From assembly GCA_965644315.1 (NCBI GenBank), contig CBFFRQ010000068.1, forward strand, positions 1,240,001 through 1,304,000: a stretch of DNA of 64,000 bases, written 5' to 3'. This document shows, piece after piece, positions 34,001 to 47,500 of the stretch. The position numbers and the translations under genes are program-made. The notes beneath the pieces were generated by a model. The model was not told the origin of the DNA. It made no database searches and worked only from the letters and a program-made list of their open reading frames with translations. The stretch's first letter is position 1. Each line of letters begins with the position of its first letter. This DNA comes from Caecitellus pseudoparvulus. Its lineage: Eukaryota > Protista > Bigyra: Bicosoecida.

Positions 34001-37000
34001 TGCACGGATTCGCTGCCGCGGAGTATCCACACATTACCATCAGCCTCGGCTCGGGGGGGAAGGCAGTGGCGTCCAATAGGTGCCTTTTGGAGCAGAGGGG
34101 TGGTGTGCCATTGTCCACTCCGCTAACCATCAAGGCCGTCGTGGGCCTGGCAGTGACGTCATCAAAGGGCCTGGTTCGAGGCGTAAACCTGAGCCTCCCA
34201 GGCCTGCCGACGCACACAGCCAGCCACGCCCTCATCGTCACTCAGCCCGCGGCACTGGGTCTGCCTGCTCTAGACGAGCGGTATGACGGTGAGCAGGCCT
34301 CGCAACCAGCCGAGCAATGCTCGCACCCAGCCTCCAGCCCTGCACCAGCCGTGGATGGCACACCCCCTGCATCTAGCCCTGTGCCACGGCTCATGTCTTT
34401 GTCTCGCATGGCAGAAGCCCCTCCATCAACTCTGCAGGTATTTGATTTCGACGGCACACTGTTTCTCACACCTGGCCCAAAAGAGGGCCGGGCAATGTGG
34501 AAGGCTATGACTGGGGCAGACTGGGAAGGTGCCAGCTGGCTAGCTGAACCTGGCAGCTTGTCGCCACCCATGCCAGTGTACCCGGGTCCGGCTCTACCGG
34601 CGTTCAGAGCCCATAACGGAGCTGTGGGCACACGCACTGTGGTGATGACAGCCCGGCACGTCGCCGTTGCTGCGGAAGTGAGACGAGTGTGTCATGGGGG
34701 GGGAGTGACGCCTGACTCCTTCGTGTTCAACCGTGGGGGGGCAAAGGGACCACAGTTCAAAGCGACAGCCTTGTGCCTGCTGTTGGACGGGCTCCTGGCA
34801 GAGCACGCTCGGTTCAACGCGCAGCGAGACAGCAAGTCCCCCCAATCGCGGCTCAGCAGAGTCGTCGTTTGGGAAGACTTGCCCCGGAACATCGAAGCCT
34901 TCAAACAAGTGGAGGCCGAGTATGCAAGCAGAGTAGACGGCAGCCTTGAATTTGTCGTGATTGATGTCACGCGCCAGCGGGAGGGCAAAGCCGCCACTCC
35001 CTTGCCGGCACCTGCCCCGTTGCCAGCTGAATCCCCTGCAACTGTGCCCCCCCCCCCCATCCTTCAAGAAACCATATCAGCTCCTGAGGACCTGGCGTGG
35101 CCACCTGCTGGCTGCGCTACCTCATTTGCTGAAGCCAACGCTGCGTACGAGAGGCCTGCATCACCCCCTGCCAGCCACGAAGCTGAGGTTGGAGTTCCTG
35201 AGTGTGCCCCGACTGAGTCGCCCTTGCTGGCCTTCTTGCGCGAGCGGGGCATGCTCCGGTCAAAGTTGTGGACCAACGCCTGTGATGACGCCCTTGATGC
35301 TGTGAATTGGGCTTGGTGCCAAGTCCTCGCCACTGAAATGGGCGTGCGCACTGGCACAGCGGCGTCCACTGCCGTCGCTGACTCCAGTGCCCGCCCTCCG
35401 CTGCTCGGATTCACACACGGCTCTTTCCCACTCGGCAAAGCCCACTGCGACGTCGATGCTTGCCTTCTTTGCCCTGCCTCGCTGCCCGTGGATCAGGCTG
35501 TGTTGAAACTTGCGGGGGCACTGCAACGATCAGGCCTGACGCATGCTGTGTCTCCTTCACCAGTTGCACGCATCCCCAAGGTCACCTTGAGCATGCCACA
35601 CCCAGCTGCACCCAGCGTCGAAATGGACCTGGTATTTGCCAGTGTGCAGGATACTGCTGTTGGTGCCGCCCTGCAACACTGCCTGCAGGCGCTGTCGCCT
35701 GCCCCGCTTCTTGTCCAACTTGCGGCAGGGGAACGGACGCTGGGTGATGCAGCGAAGCAGGCCACCAGCCAGCCGCTGCTGGCTCGTCAAGGACTGCCCT
35801 CGCCATTGAGCAGCCCCCGGGAAGTCCTTCCCATGGTTACTCGGACGACAGCTTCTCTGGATTCTATCTTGGCGCCAGTCCTCGCCACCGATGTGCAGGA
35901 GGTGCTAGGTGGGGCACCACCCCGCAGCCCATCCGAGGTCTTCTCGCTTCCCCAGGAAGGAGCACTCCACAGCGCTGTGGCGCCGATGCATTTGGCCGCC
36001 GTGCTCGATTGGCTGGGCTTGCTCCTTCGCTCCAGGTGGCAGAGTGGCAGCGAGTTCCACTGCGTCCGTTCGTATCACCTGCTCCTCGTCATGGTGGCCC
36101 TCGTGGGCACCAGGGCTCGGGGAGTCAAGTGGCTGCAGCACCAGGAGTCTGCGGGCTCTGCAAGTGCGTGTGAAGCATTGCGGCTGTACCCTTCGCCTGA
36201 GGCATTGCTGGCTGACTTTCTGCAGCACGCTGCGGTCATGGGCGTGGAGGGCTGGCGGGCAGTCTGCGGCCGATGGGTCCCAAAGACATACCTACAGCCG
36301 CTGGTTGACACTTGGAGTGATGTGCGAGACTGGCTTTGCATCTCACACGAAAGTCCTTGCCCCGTTGACGTCTCTGCCTGGGCAGACTCCCTTGCGTACA
36401 GCTCCGGTGCCAAGCGCGGAGCCCGAGGCAGCCGAGCAGCCATGCCAAGCGAGCCCGCATGTAGCTTGGAGCGGCACCTTGCTGCGTCGAGACAGCCCAT
36501 ACTCTGGCCACTGAAGCTCCTTCACGCAGTGATCTCTGGCAGCCCCCCCCTGCCAGCCCCGGGGCACCTCCTTGTAGCGGTTGTCTTTAGCGCGCCCAAC
36601 TCACGACTGCTGTGGCTGTTGCAGCAGGCTGTCCACGCGCACTTGCCCAGCGCACTGCGCACGCTCACCACCCAAGGTTTTCAGGTTTCGCCTGGCGCCA
36701 TGCAAACTAGCATCGGCACGTTGCTTTCCTTGGTTAGCACAGCTGCATTGCAGTCGGCGCCAAGCCTCACCGCCGGCTCCCAACCGCCACCTCCTGCGAC
36801 GTCCCTCGTGCAGGGCGTCCGCATTGGCCACACGGCAGCGACCTGCGCAGCAGCCATCGCAGCGCTTCGGCGGCTTGGCGACGACCGCCAGGTGCTCACA
36901 TTCAGCATGCCACGCTCACCACTTGCCGTGGATGCTGTCAAGGAGGCACTGCAGCCTCTCCAAGAGCAGGTTGCCCCCGTGATTGCTGCAGCTGCTGCAG

Positions 37001-37074
37001 ACTCCCAGGACACTACGCTTCCTGCACTGCTTTCGGGGCACTCCAAAGCATTGCTCAAAGTGAGGCTTGTTTGA
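31016..37074 (+). CDS. Multidomain RNA end-healing/tailing protein: MJ1316 + 2H phosphoesterase + P-loop polynucleotide kinase + second 2H + HAD phosphatase + poly(A)-polymerase-like NTase (exons 31016-31119, 31200-31217, 31359-37074)
   Basis: Spliced N-terminus MRTSEDVIKRIRHDHLLETEDFDIGFLDRFTGIQE..HRIYYFK..VVWDR (MJ1316); HLSL/HVSI; LRGIPGAGKST..SADTYF..VDNT..RNTHGVP; HVTL/HITI; VFDFDGTLF..MTAR..WED; HGSFPLG..DVD..EMDLVFA. Confidence 0.88.
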
Positions 37075-37104
37075 GAAGCGTAGGGCCGTAGCTGCATTTC
37101 GTGC

Positions 37105-38029
37105 TCATCGCTTCTGGCAGACGTATATGTAGTGCACGCTCGAAGCATCACTGGCGTCAGCAGATGCTGCCGTGGACACAGTGGGCTTCGCGATGGTGTG
37201 GACGTTCACGCTCCATTCGTAGTCCTCTTGCTCCAGGTACGACATGCGGTTCTCTGGGGTACCGTAAGACACAATGAAGAAGACCCCATCTGGCTGCAGC
37301 ACACGGCTTGCTTCCTTGCAATACTTGGCTACGTTTGCCGTGCTGTTGTCTCCACACAGGATGGAATCTAGAGTTCCCTTGTCGACGAGGGCGTGAAAAG
37401 AGGTGTCGCCCAGCTTCATGTCAGTGCAGTCCATGACTTGCCCTGCGCACCGCCGGCCGTCGTGCCTGCTAGTGCACGCACGAAGTAACACAGATATAGG
37501 ACGCGACGCTACGCACAATCCAGTCCTGGGTACTTCTCAGGGTCATACTTGTCCTTCATCTGAGAGATGACGGTTGAGGACACGTCAATGTTTGTGATGA
37601 ACTTGAAGCCTGTGGCAGACAGCAGGCGGACCAAGTGGCGTCCAAGTTTGGAATTGTGAAAGAAAGCAGCATGCGCTTCCAGATGACGCACCATCCGCGT
37701 ACATTTCCTCAGTCATGCCTGCAAAGCGAGGGGCCGTTGACGGTACTGGTCGGGTCACACCAGCCTACGGCTACCATGCACAAACTCACGAGAGTTTCCG
37801 CAGCCGACTTGCAAAATGGTGCTGTGCTTCTCAATGTGCTGCTCCAGAAGCTCCTTCACACCAGCATACCGCTGGTACCAATCAAACGGCTCAGGGTCCC
37901 TGCGCAACTCCATGGAAGCTGCCGTGAAACGCAAAACGCTCGCATACGACTCGCCGGTGCATATGGCCGGGGACTGACGCACTTGGTGTACCGCTGATCC
38001 CAGTAGCTCACCTGCCCATATTGGGCCAT
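37105..38029 (-). CDS. SAM-dependent methyltransferase, EEF1AKMT4/METTL13-N-like (5 exons)
   Basis: MAQYGQVSYWDQRYTK|DPEPFDWYQRY, ILQVGCGNSR, ITNIDVS, VMDCTDM, DKGTLDSILCG, SRVLQPDGVFFIVSYGTPENR, HYIYVCQK. Confidence 0.9.
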
Positions 38030-38525
38030 CTCGCTTCGTCTGAGGTTCGCGCCTTGATGCCTGGTTCACAGCGGCACGGCACAAACTGCGGCAGCGGGCA
38101 TGAAACGCCTTCCTGCGCACCGAAAGAGTGAGGCAGTGGGCACAGAGAGGGCACAGGAGTGACCGTCGGTGCCTGAAGACAACTATGCGAGACATTGTAC
38201 GTGATTTGTTTTGTACAGTAGATAGTTTCGCCAAGGGTTAGACTTCGGACGAGACGCGGAACTTGCCTTGCTTGGAGGTGCCACCGGCTGCAAATACCTC
38301 TTTCCGCTACAATCCATGATTACTTCAATGATTCTCGGCAGGACAGATTTCCCCTGCCAGCTACTATCATCCAGTGGCAATTCTTGCCTGGAGCTGCCTG
38401 CTGCCTGCGTCAGCTTCGCCGGCAAGCTGTGAAGTGGCCCTGTCCGGAGCCTGCTCACTGCCGATTGCGCACCTGCCCTGCCTGAGTGCGCTCAGCGACG
38501 AGAGGCCTTCCGAGACCAACCCTCC

Positions 38526-41500
38526 ATGGCTGACGAGGAAAAGGCTGCAGACTTGCGGTGGGATTGGGTGGAGGCCCGCGTCCGCAATGCCTTCAAGCAT
38601 GTGAAGGAAGACAGTGAGTGGAAAACGCCTGCAGCAAAACCTTGTCCAAAGACGCGGTGCCCTGCAGTGCCTTGGTCCATCTGGTGTTCACTGTTGTATC
38701 ACCCCCCCCCCCCCAGAGTTTCGCAAGGCTTGGGAAAGCGCTGAGTGCGTTAAGACGCGGTGGTCCCACAACACCGGCAAATCCCGTTGGGACTGGCCGA
38801 TTTCCGCACGATGCCCCTGATGTTTTCATGTGCCTCCTCGTCTGCAGGGAGAACTTGACTGAGTTCCTGAACAGCACAGATACTCGGTTGCTGGTGGTGC
38901 GTGCAAAACCTGCAGCTCTTCTCTGTTGCGGCTACTCTGCAGTGGGCCTGTTTCTGTAGTCGAGTTAAGGTCGCGCACGCACTTCACAAACCGCGACTGG
39001 CTTCTCGCAGCTGTGGTCGGACAACCTGCAAGCCGCGAACGAATTCCCCAAGAAGCTGACGCGAGGGAAGGTTGTCTACTTCTTGAAGGCTCAGGTTCGT
39101 CGCGGCCAACGATCGCCACCTTTGCCGCTGCTGGTGGCAAGTACGCTTCCCTTGCCTTGCCGCATTCGCAGCCCATCGCTGTGCCCCGCACCGACCCGGG
39201 CTCAGTGGTAACCTTCAGTGACATGGGAATGGACCCCTTGATTCACTTGGAGCGCATCATGTCAGAGGTGTACCTTCCTCTGCTCAGTAACCCTCGCAAC
39301 CAGGAAGGGTGGGGGGACGTGACAGCGAAAGAGCTGATGGACAAGCTGCATGGCTTCCTCTCCCAGCTCTCCATCACAGTTGGACAGACAAAGGGCGAGA
39401 CTTGTCTGCCTCTGCCGCCCATTGATGCCTCTGCGCCGGAGGCAGCAGCTGGTGGGGGCAGTGCCAGCGGATCCCTCGACATGAAGGACCGTGTGCACTT
39501 GCTGGAGGGAGCGGTGATCACCTGGACCAAGCAGATCAAAGGCGTGCTGAAGCAGGACCCTGAAGCTCTGCTGAAGCAAGGCAAGCACCCACCTCCGTCA
39601 GTTGAGATCAAGTTCTGGCGCAGCAAGGCGGACAACCTGAACGCCATTTTTGACCAGCTGCAGAGCGAGCGGATCCGGCGTGTGTTGCACTTCCTCGACT
39701 CGGCCAGGTCCACGTACTGCACCCCTTTCGCCAAGCTGTGCAAGGAAGTCTTCGCTGCCCGTCTTGAAGCGAATGACAACGTGAAGTACCTGCGCACGTT
39801 GGACAGCTGGTTTGACCACCTGGCCAATGACTCGGGCTTCCAAGACCTGCACAAGCTGTTCAAGCCCATCATGCACATCCTCCTGCTGATTTGGAAAAAC
39901 TCCAAGTTCTACAACACCCCCGCACGCCTGGTCGTTGTCATCAGGGAGGTGTGCAACGCCATCATTGATCAGGCAACGTCCTTCGTGTCTGGCAAGCAGG
40001 TGTTCGACTTGCTCGAGGATGAGGAGGAAAAGGAGGCTGTGTCCAAGCTGCAGACGGCCTTGCGAGTCTGCGGCGAGTTCAAGGCAGCGTACACTGAGTA
40101 CAAGGCCACAGCCAATGCGGAGTGCCCTGAAAACCCTTGGCGCATCCAGAACAATGCGCTGTTCTTGCGCTTGGACTCGTTCATTGAGCGCTGCTATGAC
40201 GTTCTGGAGATGACGGAGATCATCATCAAGTTCACCCGCCTGGAGCGCATTGTTGTTGGCGGCACAAAGGGTGAGGTACTCACCACCACTGTTCGCCGCA
40301 TCTTCGACGACTTCCGGCGCATCAAGGGCACGCTGCAGGTGGTGCCGTACGACATCTTGGACGTTCAGGCCAAGGCCTTTGACACTGACTTCTTTGCCTT
40401 CCGCCAAAGCATCAAGGAGCTGGAGCGACGCCTCGCGTCCGTCATGACCCAAGGCTTTGACGATCAGTCCACGATTTCCGGCCGCTTCAAGTTGCTGGAC
40501 TCGTTCGACATGCTGCTGGAGCGGCCCATCATCCAGGATGAGCTTGAGCGCAAGCACATCTCCCTCATCCATGCGTATGGCATTGACTTGAAGCGAGTGC
40601 AGGAGATCTTCCTCACTGAGCGGGAACAGCCGCCCATTTCCTGGAACCTGCCTCCTGTGGCTGGCGCCTTGACTTGGTGCCGCAACTTAAAGGAGCGCAT
40701 TGGAGAGCCCATGTCCAAGCTGCGTGACCTGCACGCCACAGTCATGGAGCGGGAAGAGTCGAAGGAAGTCATCAAGTTGTACACGACGCTCATGTCAAGC
40801 TTGGAGGACTACGAGCACCAGAAGGTGGAGGAATGGGGTGGCGACGTGGACCGCACGACCCAGGCGAAGCTGAAGCTTTCTCTGCTCACCCGCGGCAAAA
40901 TGGGGCCGTACCTCATCACGACTGGCGATCCCGCTGTTGACAGCAAGCTCTTGCAGGTGAACTTTGACCCTGCCCTGGTCAGGCTGTTGAGGGAAGTGAA
41001 GTACTTCCTGTCCCTCGGCCTGGAAGTGCCACCCTCTGCATTGCAGGTGTACCAGCGGGCGTCAGTGTACCGCAAGCAAACTGCGTCCTTGGATCTGATG
41101 GTGAACATGTACAACCAGATGATGTACAAGCTGCTGCCTGTCGAGGCGCCACTAATGCGCGGGCAGATCACCAAGATCGACTCTGTGATGAACACTGGGC
41201 TGGAAGTGATCTCTTGGAAGTCTGGCCGCCCCATCGACGACTTCATCGGAGAGGTCTCTGCGTTGGTGAAGGCCGCGCACTCTGTCCTATTCAAGTTGAA
41301 GGGCAACTTGGAAGAAGTCGCCGGGGTCCTGAACGACTGGTGTGATACCCCTATGCTCCAGCGCAAGCCCAAGCCCATGACTCCGGATGAGTTTGAGAAC
41401 ATGTACCGCACTGTACGTGCCCAGCGCTACACCGCCATCAAGGCAGGAGGGCAGAAGATCGACCAACTCTTGCGTGATTCGCACTCCATCATGGCTGTGT

Positions 41501-44500
41501 CCCGCACGCACCCGAACTGGGAAGCTTACACGGACTTTGTGAACGGCATCGTCGTCCAAGGCCTCTCGAAGATGGTCGTGCGCTCCCTGGAGGAGCTCGT
41601 GGACCAGCTATCCACCGAGTCCATCGTGCGCAACCACCGCCAGCCCATGCTAGTGGTGCAGCTGGCCCTGGCAGACGACGGAATCTTCTTCAGGCCCCCC
41701 ATCCGGGAAGAGCGGTCTGGGTCTGTATACCACATCGTGCTGGAGTGGGTCGATTCCTTCTTCCAAGGCGCCGGCCAGCTCAAGCGCCTGGATGATCCCG
41801 ACGGCAAGTATGTGAAGGAGCTTGCTGCCGATATTCATGTGCAGATGCTCATGGCGCAGCTGTACGACTGCCTGGACCGCAACCGCGATGCTTGCGAGGC
41901 ACACCGTGCAGAGTACATGGCCTTTGAGCCGTTCTGGGCCGCCGATCTGGAGGAAGAGTACAAGAAGTTCTGTGCCAAAGCCACGAAGGTTGAGCACCCT
42001 CGCCTGGAGCTTGAGGCTGGTAGCGACGACGATGATGACGATGAGTCTGCCCAGGAGGGGGAGGTGGAAGCCGTCCGCGTCCCTGACTTGGAGGCATTTG
42101 ATGCCGAACTCCTCCGCCTGGAGAGACTGCAAGAGCAGGTTGCTGGCACTGCTGGCACCACTGACATCGGCTGGCTGCGTGTGCAGAATGACCCAGTGAA
42201 GCTCGCCATTGGCAAGCTGCTGCAGCGCTGGTGCAACCGGTACACGAAGCATCTGGTGGATTTCGTGCAGCATGAATTGGAGGACTTGGAGCGGTTCATG
42301 CAGCGGGTTGCCGATGGGGTGACTCGTGAGGTGGATGAGTCAGACCCGGAGAAGGAGTCTCTCAAGTTCGTCATGGCCATCATTCGCGATGTCAAGCAGT
42401 GCCAGGCGAGGCGCGACTTCATGTTCACGCCTTTCAAGCAAACAGTTGCGCTGCTGAAGTCCCACGGGGTTCCCTTGGATGACCGCAAAGTCGCTGGACT
42501 GCCGCTTGTAGAGTTCCTGGAAGGGGCACCACTTCGCTGGAAAGACACCGTGACTCGCACCTACGCAAAGCGTGAAGAGATTTTCTCACTGCAGTCTGAA
42601 GAAGCGGAAGTCATCAAACGCCAGGTTGACGAGTTCTTCAAGTCCATGCGGGCTTTCCGACGGGATTTCCGCAAGAATGCGCCTTTCGCGTTCGGTGGGG
42701 AGCCAGACGAGGCGTACGCCAAGCTCGATGCGTACAAGGAACAGCTGGATGTCATGGAGGCAGCAGCTGAGGAGCTGAACAACTTGGAGTCCCTGTTTGA
42801 ACTGCCCATCAGCAAGTACCAGGAAACCGTAGCAACGCGACAGGAGATGTTGCTTCTCAAGGGTCTGTGGGACATCAAGTCCATGATCAGCCACTCGTAT
42901 GAAGACTGGCGTTCCACCCTGTGGGTCGAGCTAGATACCGACGCCTTGCAGGACATGAACAAGAAGCTGAGGGAATACCTGAAAGCGTTCGGCGAGCGCA
43001 ATGCCATCGTGAAGGGCTGGACTGTGTACCGTGACATAGAAGCTGCTGTGAAAGACATGGACGTGTCTTTGCCCCTTGTCTCACAGCTGGCGTCCCCTGC
43101 CATGCGGCAGCGGCATTGGGACTCTCTGGCTGATGTGTGTGATGTCAAGGCACTGGACCCTACCGACCCCCAGTTCTCCCTGGACTCGTTGCTATCCTTG
43201 CAACTGCATCGGCACGGGGATGACGTGGAAGAAGTCGTGCTGACAGCTGACCGCGACTTGCGAGTGGAGAGGCAGCTGGCTGTCATCAACGAAGCCTGGA
43301 AAGTGCACGAGCTGGAGTTTGTGCAGCACAAGGACACAGAGATGTTTGTCATCAAGGTGCGGGATGAGACCATTGAAGACCTGGAGACGCACCAAATGGA
43401 CCTCCAGGGCCTTCAGGGATCCGACTTCTTCCAAAGGAAGGTCAATGAGTGGCAAGAGAAGCTTGGCAGCGTGGAAGAGGTCATCCGGGAGTGGGTGTCG
43501 GTGACGAAGCAGTGGGCAAACCTGGAGGTTGTCTTCCTGACCTCGGAAGACATCAAGGAGTCGCTGCCTGAGGACACCAAGCGGTTTGACCAGATCAACA
43601 AAGACTTCGAGGAGCTGATGAAGTCTGCCCAGGACACACCCAATGTTGTTGAAGCTTGCACCAAAGATGGGCGCAAGGAGGCCTTGAAGGACATGAACCG
43701 CATGCTTGATCAGTGCCAGCGCAGCTTGAACGAGTACCTGGACATGAAGAAAAAGAAGTTCCCGCGCTTCTACTTTGTGTCCAATGTGGACTTGTTGGAC
43801 ATTCTGTCCAACGGCGCCAACCCACCACGCATCATGAAGCACCTCGGGTCATGCTACGATGCCATTTCCACGCTGACGTTTGAGGAGGCTGAGGAAGAAG
43901 GTGCGGTGCAGACTGTCGCTTCCTCCATGGTGGCTAAGGATGGTGAGACCATTCACTTCAAGGAGCCCTTCCACATTTCTGGCCCCGTGGAGGACTGGCT
44001 GAACGACTTCACCGACAAGATGCACATCACTCTTCGGGGAGAGTGCGAGCGGGCCGTGGAGGGTGCCGTGAATTGGGAGAATGAGCTACCACGGCACCGT
44101 GAGTGGCTGAGCGACTTGCCCGCGCAAGTGGCACTTGTTGGCACTCAGATTTTCTGGACTGAAGAGACACACCATGCGCTGGATGATTTCGAGCAGGGTA
44201 CTGACGATGCAGTTAAGAAGTACCTGGGTGTGTGCAACGATCGACTGTACGCCCTCATTGGCCGCGTGATGGAGCCTCTGTCAAGAGGTGACCGCACGAA
44301 GATTATCACCCTCATCACCCTGGACGTTCATGCGCGTGACGTGGTGCAGACTCTGATCGACCAGAAGGCGGAGGGCCCGGGGTCTTTCTTGTGGGCTCAA
44401 CAGTTGCGCTTTGCTTGGGATGTGTACAACAAGGACATCGACATTGCCATCACAGACTTCAGCACCAAGTACTCGTACGAATGGGTCGGGAACCAAGGGC

Positions 44501-47500
44501 GCCTCGTCATCACACCGCTCACAGATCGATGCTACATCACCCTCACAATGGCTTTGCGCCTGATGCTGGGCGGCGCGCCAGCAGGCCCCGCAGGCACCGG
44601 CAAGACTGAGACGACGAAGGACCTTTCCCGTGCCATCGGCCTCCCCATCTACGTCTTCAACTGTTCAGACCAGATGACGTACCAGAGTGTCGCCAACATT
44701 TTCAAGGGGCTGGCACAGACTGGCGCCTGGGGCTGCTTCGATGAGTTCAACCGCATCTCCATCGAAGTGCTGTCTGTCGTTGCCACCCAAGTGAAGCAAG
44801 TCTTGGACGCGACCAAGCTGTATGCGAAGCCAGAGAACAGGCCAGAGGAGTACCAGCATCTGCCCCGGGGCCAGCCCCCCTCTGTTGTGGGGGAGTTTGA
44901 GCTGCAGGGTGATATCATCAAGCTTGTCCCCACTGTGGGCATGTTCATCACGATGAACCCAGGGTATGCAGGCCGCACAGAGCTGCCTGAAAACTTGAAG
45001 GCACTCTTCCGCTCCTGTGCCATGATTCGGCCCGACTTGGAGCCCATCTGTGAAAACATGCTGTTGGCAGAGGGTTTCAAGAATGCTCGACCCCTTGCGG
45101 TGAAGTTCGTAACTTTGTACTCACTGTCATCTGAGCTTTTGTCGCCCCAAGTCCACTATGATTGGGGTCTGCGAGCGGTGAAGGCTGTGCTGCGGGTGGC
45201 TGGTGGCCTCAAGCGCGCAGAGCCGGGGACCAACGAAGACGCCGTGCTTATGCGAGCCTTGCGCGACTTCAACACGCCGAAGATGCCAACTCCCGACATT
45301 CCCATTTTCCTCCGCCTTGTGCAAGATCTCTTCCCCCAGCACTTCGGGGTTGTGCCAAAGTTTGACGAGGTGGTGGAGAAGGGCGCGATTGAAGCTGCGA
45401 AGCGAGCGAACCTGCAGTTCGACAAGGTCTTCATCGCCAAAGTGGTACAGTTCCAAGAATTGCTGAATGTCCGCCACTCAGTGATGATCCTCGGGCCCGC
45501 AGGTTGCGGGAAGACTACCATCTGGAAGACCCTCGCCGGACACCACAACCTTGGCGCGCCTGCCAACAAGCTCCCGCTCAAGTACGACATCGTCAACCCG
45601 AAGGCTGTCACTTCAAACGAACTGTACGGTTACATGACCCTTGGCAACGACTGGAAGGATGGCTGTCTGTCGATCATCATGCGCGGCATGAGCAAGAACA
45701 ATCGCGACCTTGGCTACCACGAGTACCAGAAGCAGAAGTGGGTCGTGCTGGACGATGACATCGATTCGGTTTGGATCGAGAGCATGAACACGGTCATGGA
45801 CGACAACAAAGTTTTGACCTTGGTGTCCAACGAGCGCGTTCCCCTTACAGACGCCATGCGTATGGTGTTTGAGATCAACTCCTTGCGCAATGCGACCCCT
45901 GCAACAGTTTCTCGGGCTGGCATCTTGTTCGTCAACGAGGGGGATGTCGGCTGGCGCCCCTTCGTGGAGTCATGGATCAACTCTCGGGAGAGCGAGAACG
46001 AGCGAGCCCACCTCCCTGCGCTGTTCGAGCGGTACGTGGAGGAGGTTCACGACCGCGTTCGTCGAAGCTTCAAGACAGTCACACCCATTCGCATCATCAA
46101 CCAGGTCACTTCCATTTGCCGCATGTTGGAGAGCCTACTCCCGCAGTTGCCCGCAGACCCCAACCCTGAGCAGGTGGAGCATTGCTTTGTCATGGCTCTC
46201 ATGTGGGCATTCGGCGGTGCACTCATCGTGGAGGCGGGGGAGGGCAAGAATCACCGTCGAAACTTCCACGAGATTTTCGTCGAGCTCGTCTCAGGCAGCG
46301 TAAAGTTCCCACGGGAAGTAGAAGGCGACGACAAACCGCTGTGCTTTGACTTCTTCTACAAGCCGAACCCCTCCAACGCCAAGGGCGCTGTTGGCGAGCT
46401 TGTGCAGTGGAAGGAGCGTGTGGAGGAGTACGTGCCAGTTCCCATCGGGGTCGAGCCTGGAGAGGTGCCTTTCGGTGACATCACCGTGCAAACTGTCGAC
46501 AGTGTTCGCCTGACCACCATCATGAACCAGCTTGTGACCCGAGGACACCCCGTTATGTTTGTGGGGACGGCAGGCACAGGCAAGACAACGCTTGTGCGCG
46601 ACTATCTGAAGACTCTGGACTCAGAGGCGTTCTTGAGCAAGATCATCACCATGAACTTCTTCACTGACTCCAAGTCCCTTCAGGTTGAAATTGACTCTGG
46701 CATCGACAAGCGCTCCGGCAAGACCTTCGGCCCGCCGGCGGGGAAGAAGCAGATTTTTTACGTTGATGACTTGAACCTGCCGTACATTGAGGAGTATGGG
46801 ACCCAGAACTCCCTATCCTTGCTTCGGCAGATGATGGACCACAAGCAGTACTACGACCGTGCCGACCTGTCGCTCCGCAAGGAGATGGTGGACTGTCAGT
46901 ACATCGCGTCCATGAACCCCACATCTGGCTCGTTCTTCATTACTGAGCGCCTGCAGCGGTTCTTCACCACGTTTGCCTCACTCATGCCCAGCGATTCAGA
47001 CTTGACCATGATTTACGGCAGCATTCTTCAGGGACACTTGGCCACCTTCACGGAGCCCGTCGCTGCGCTGAAGGACTCCATTGTGGCCAACACCATCGCT
47101 CTGCACAAGACTGTAGCTCGGAAGTTCCTGCCCTCTGCCACAACGTTTGTGTACAACTGGAACATGCGCGAGCTGTCCAATGTCTTCCAGGGCTTGACGT
47201 CTGCGAAGAGTGACTTCTACCCCAAGCCCATCAACTTCCTGCGCCTGTGGGCCCACGAGTGCACACGCGTGTTTCATGACCGCATGCCCACTTCGACGGA
47301 TGCAGAGCGCTTCGAAGAAGTGCTGGTGAAACTGACGGACAAGGCTTTCAAGGAGGTCGCCTCTGCTGAGGCTATCTTTGAAGGGCCCCTCATCTTCACC
47401 AAATTCGCGGCACAGCCCAGCTCAAACCCCACATACCTGCCTTTGCCTGCTGGGGATACTGGCATGGAGATCCTCTCACGAACGCTGGGAACGAAACTCA

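Noticed and set aside
22426-38029. Apparent RNA-metabolism cluster (RAP pair, TFIIH p52, RNA repair protein, methyltransferase)
   Set aside because: Eukaryotic genes with mixed orientation and different compartments; no evidence of functional linkage without synteny data.
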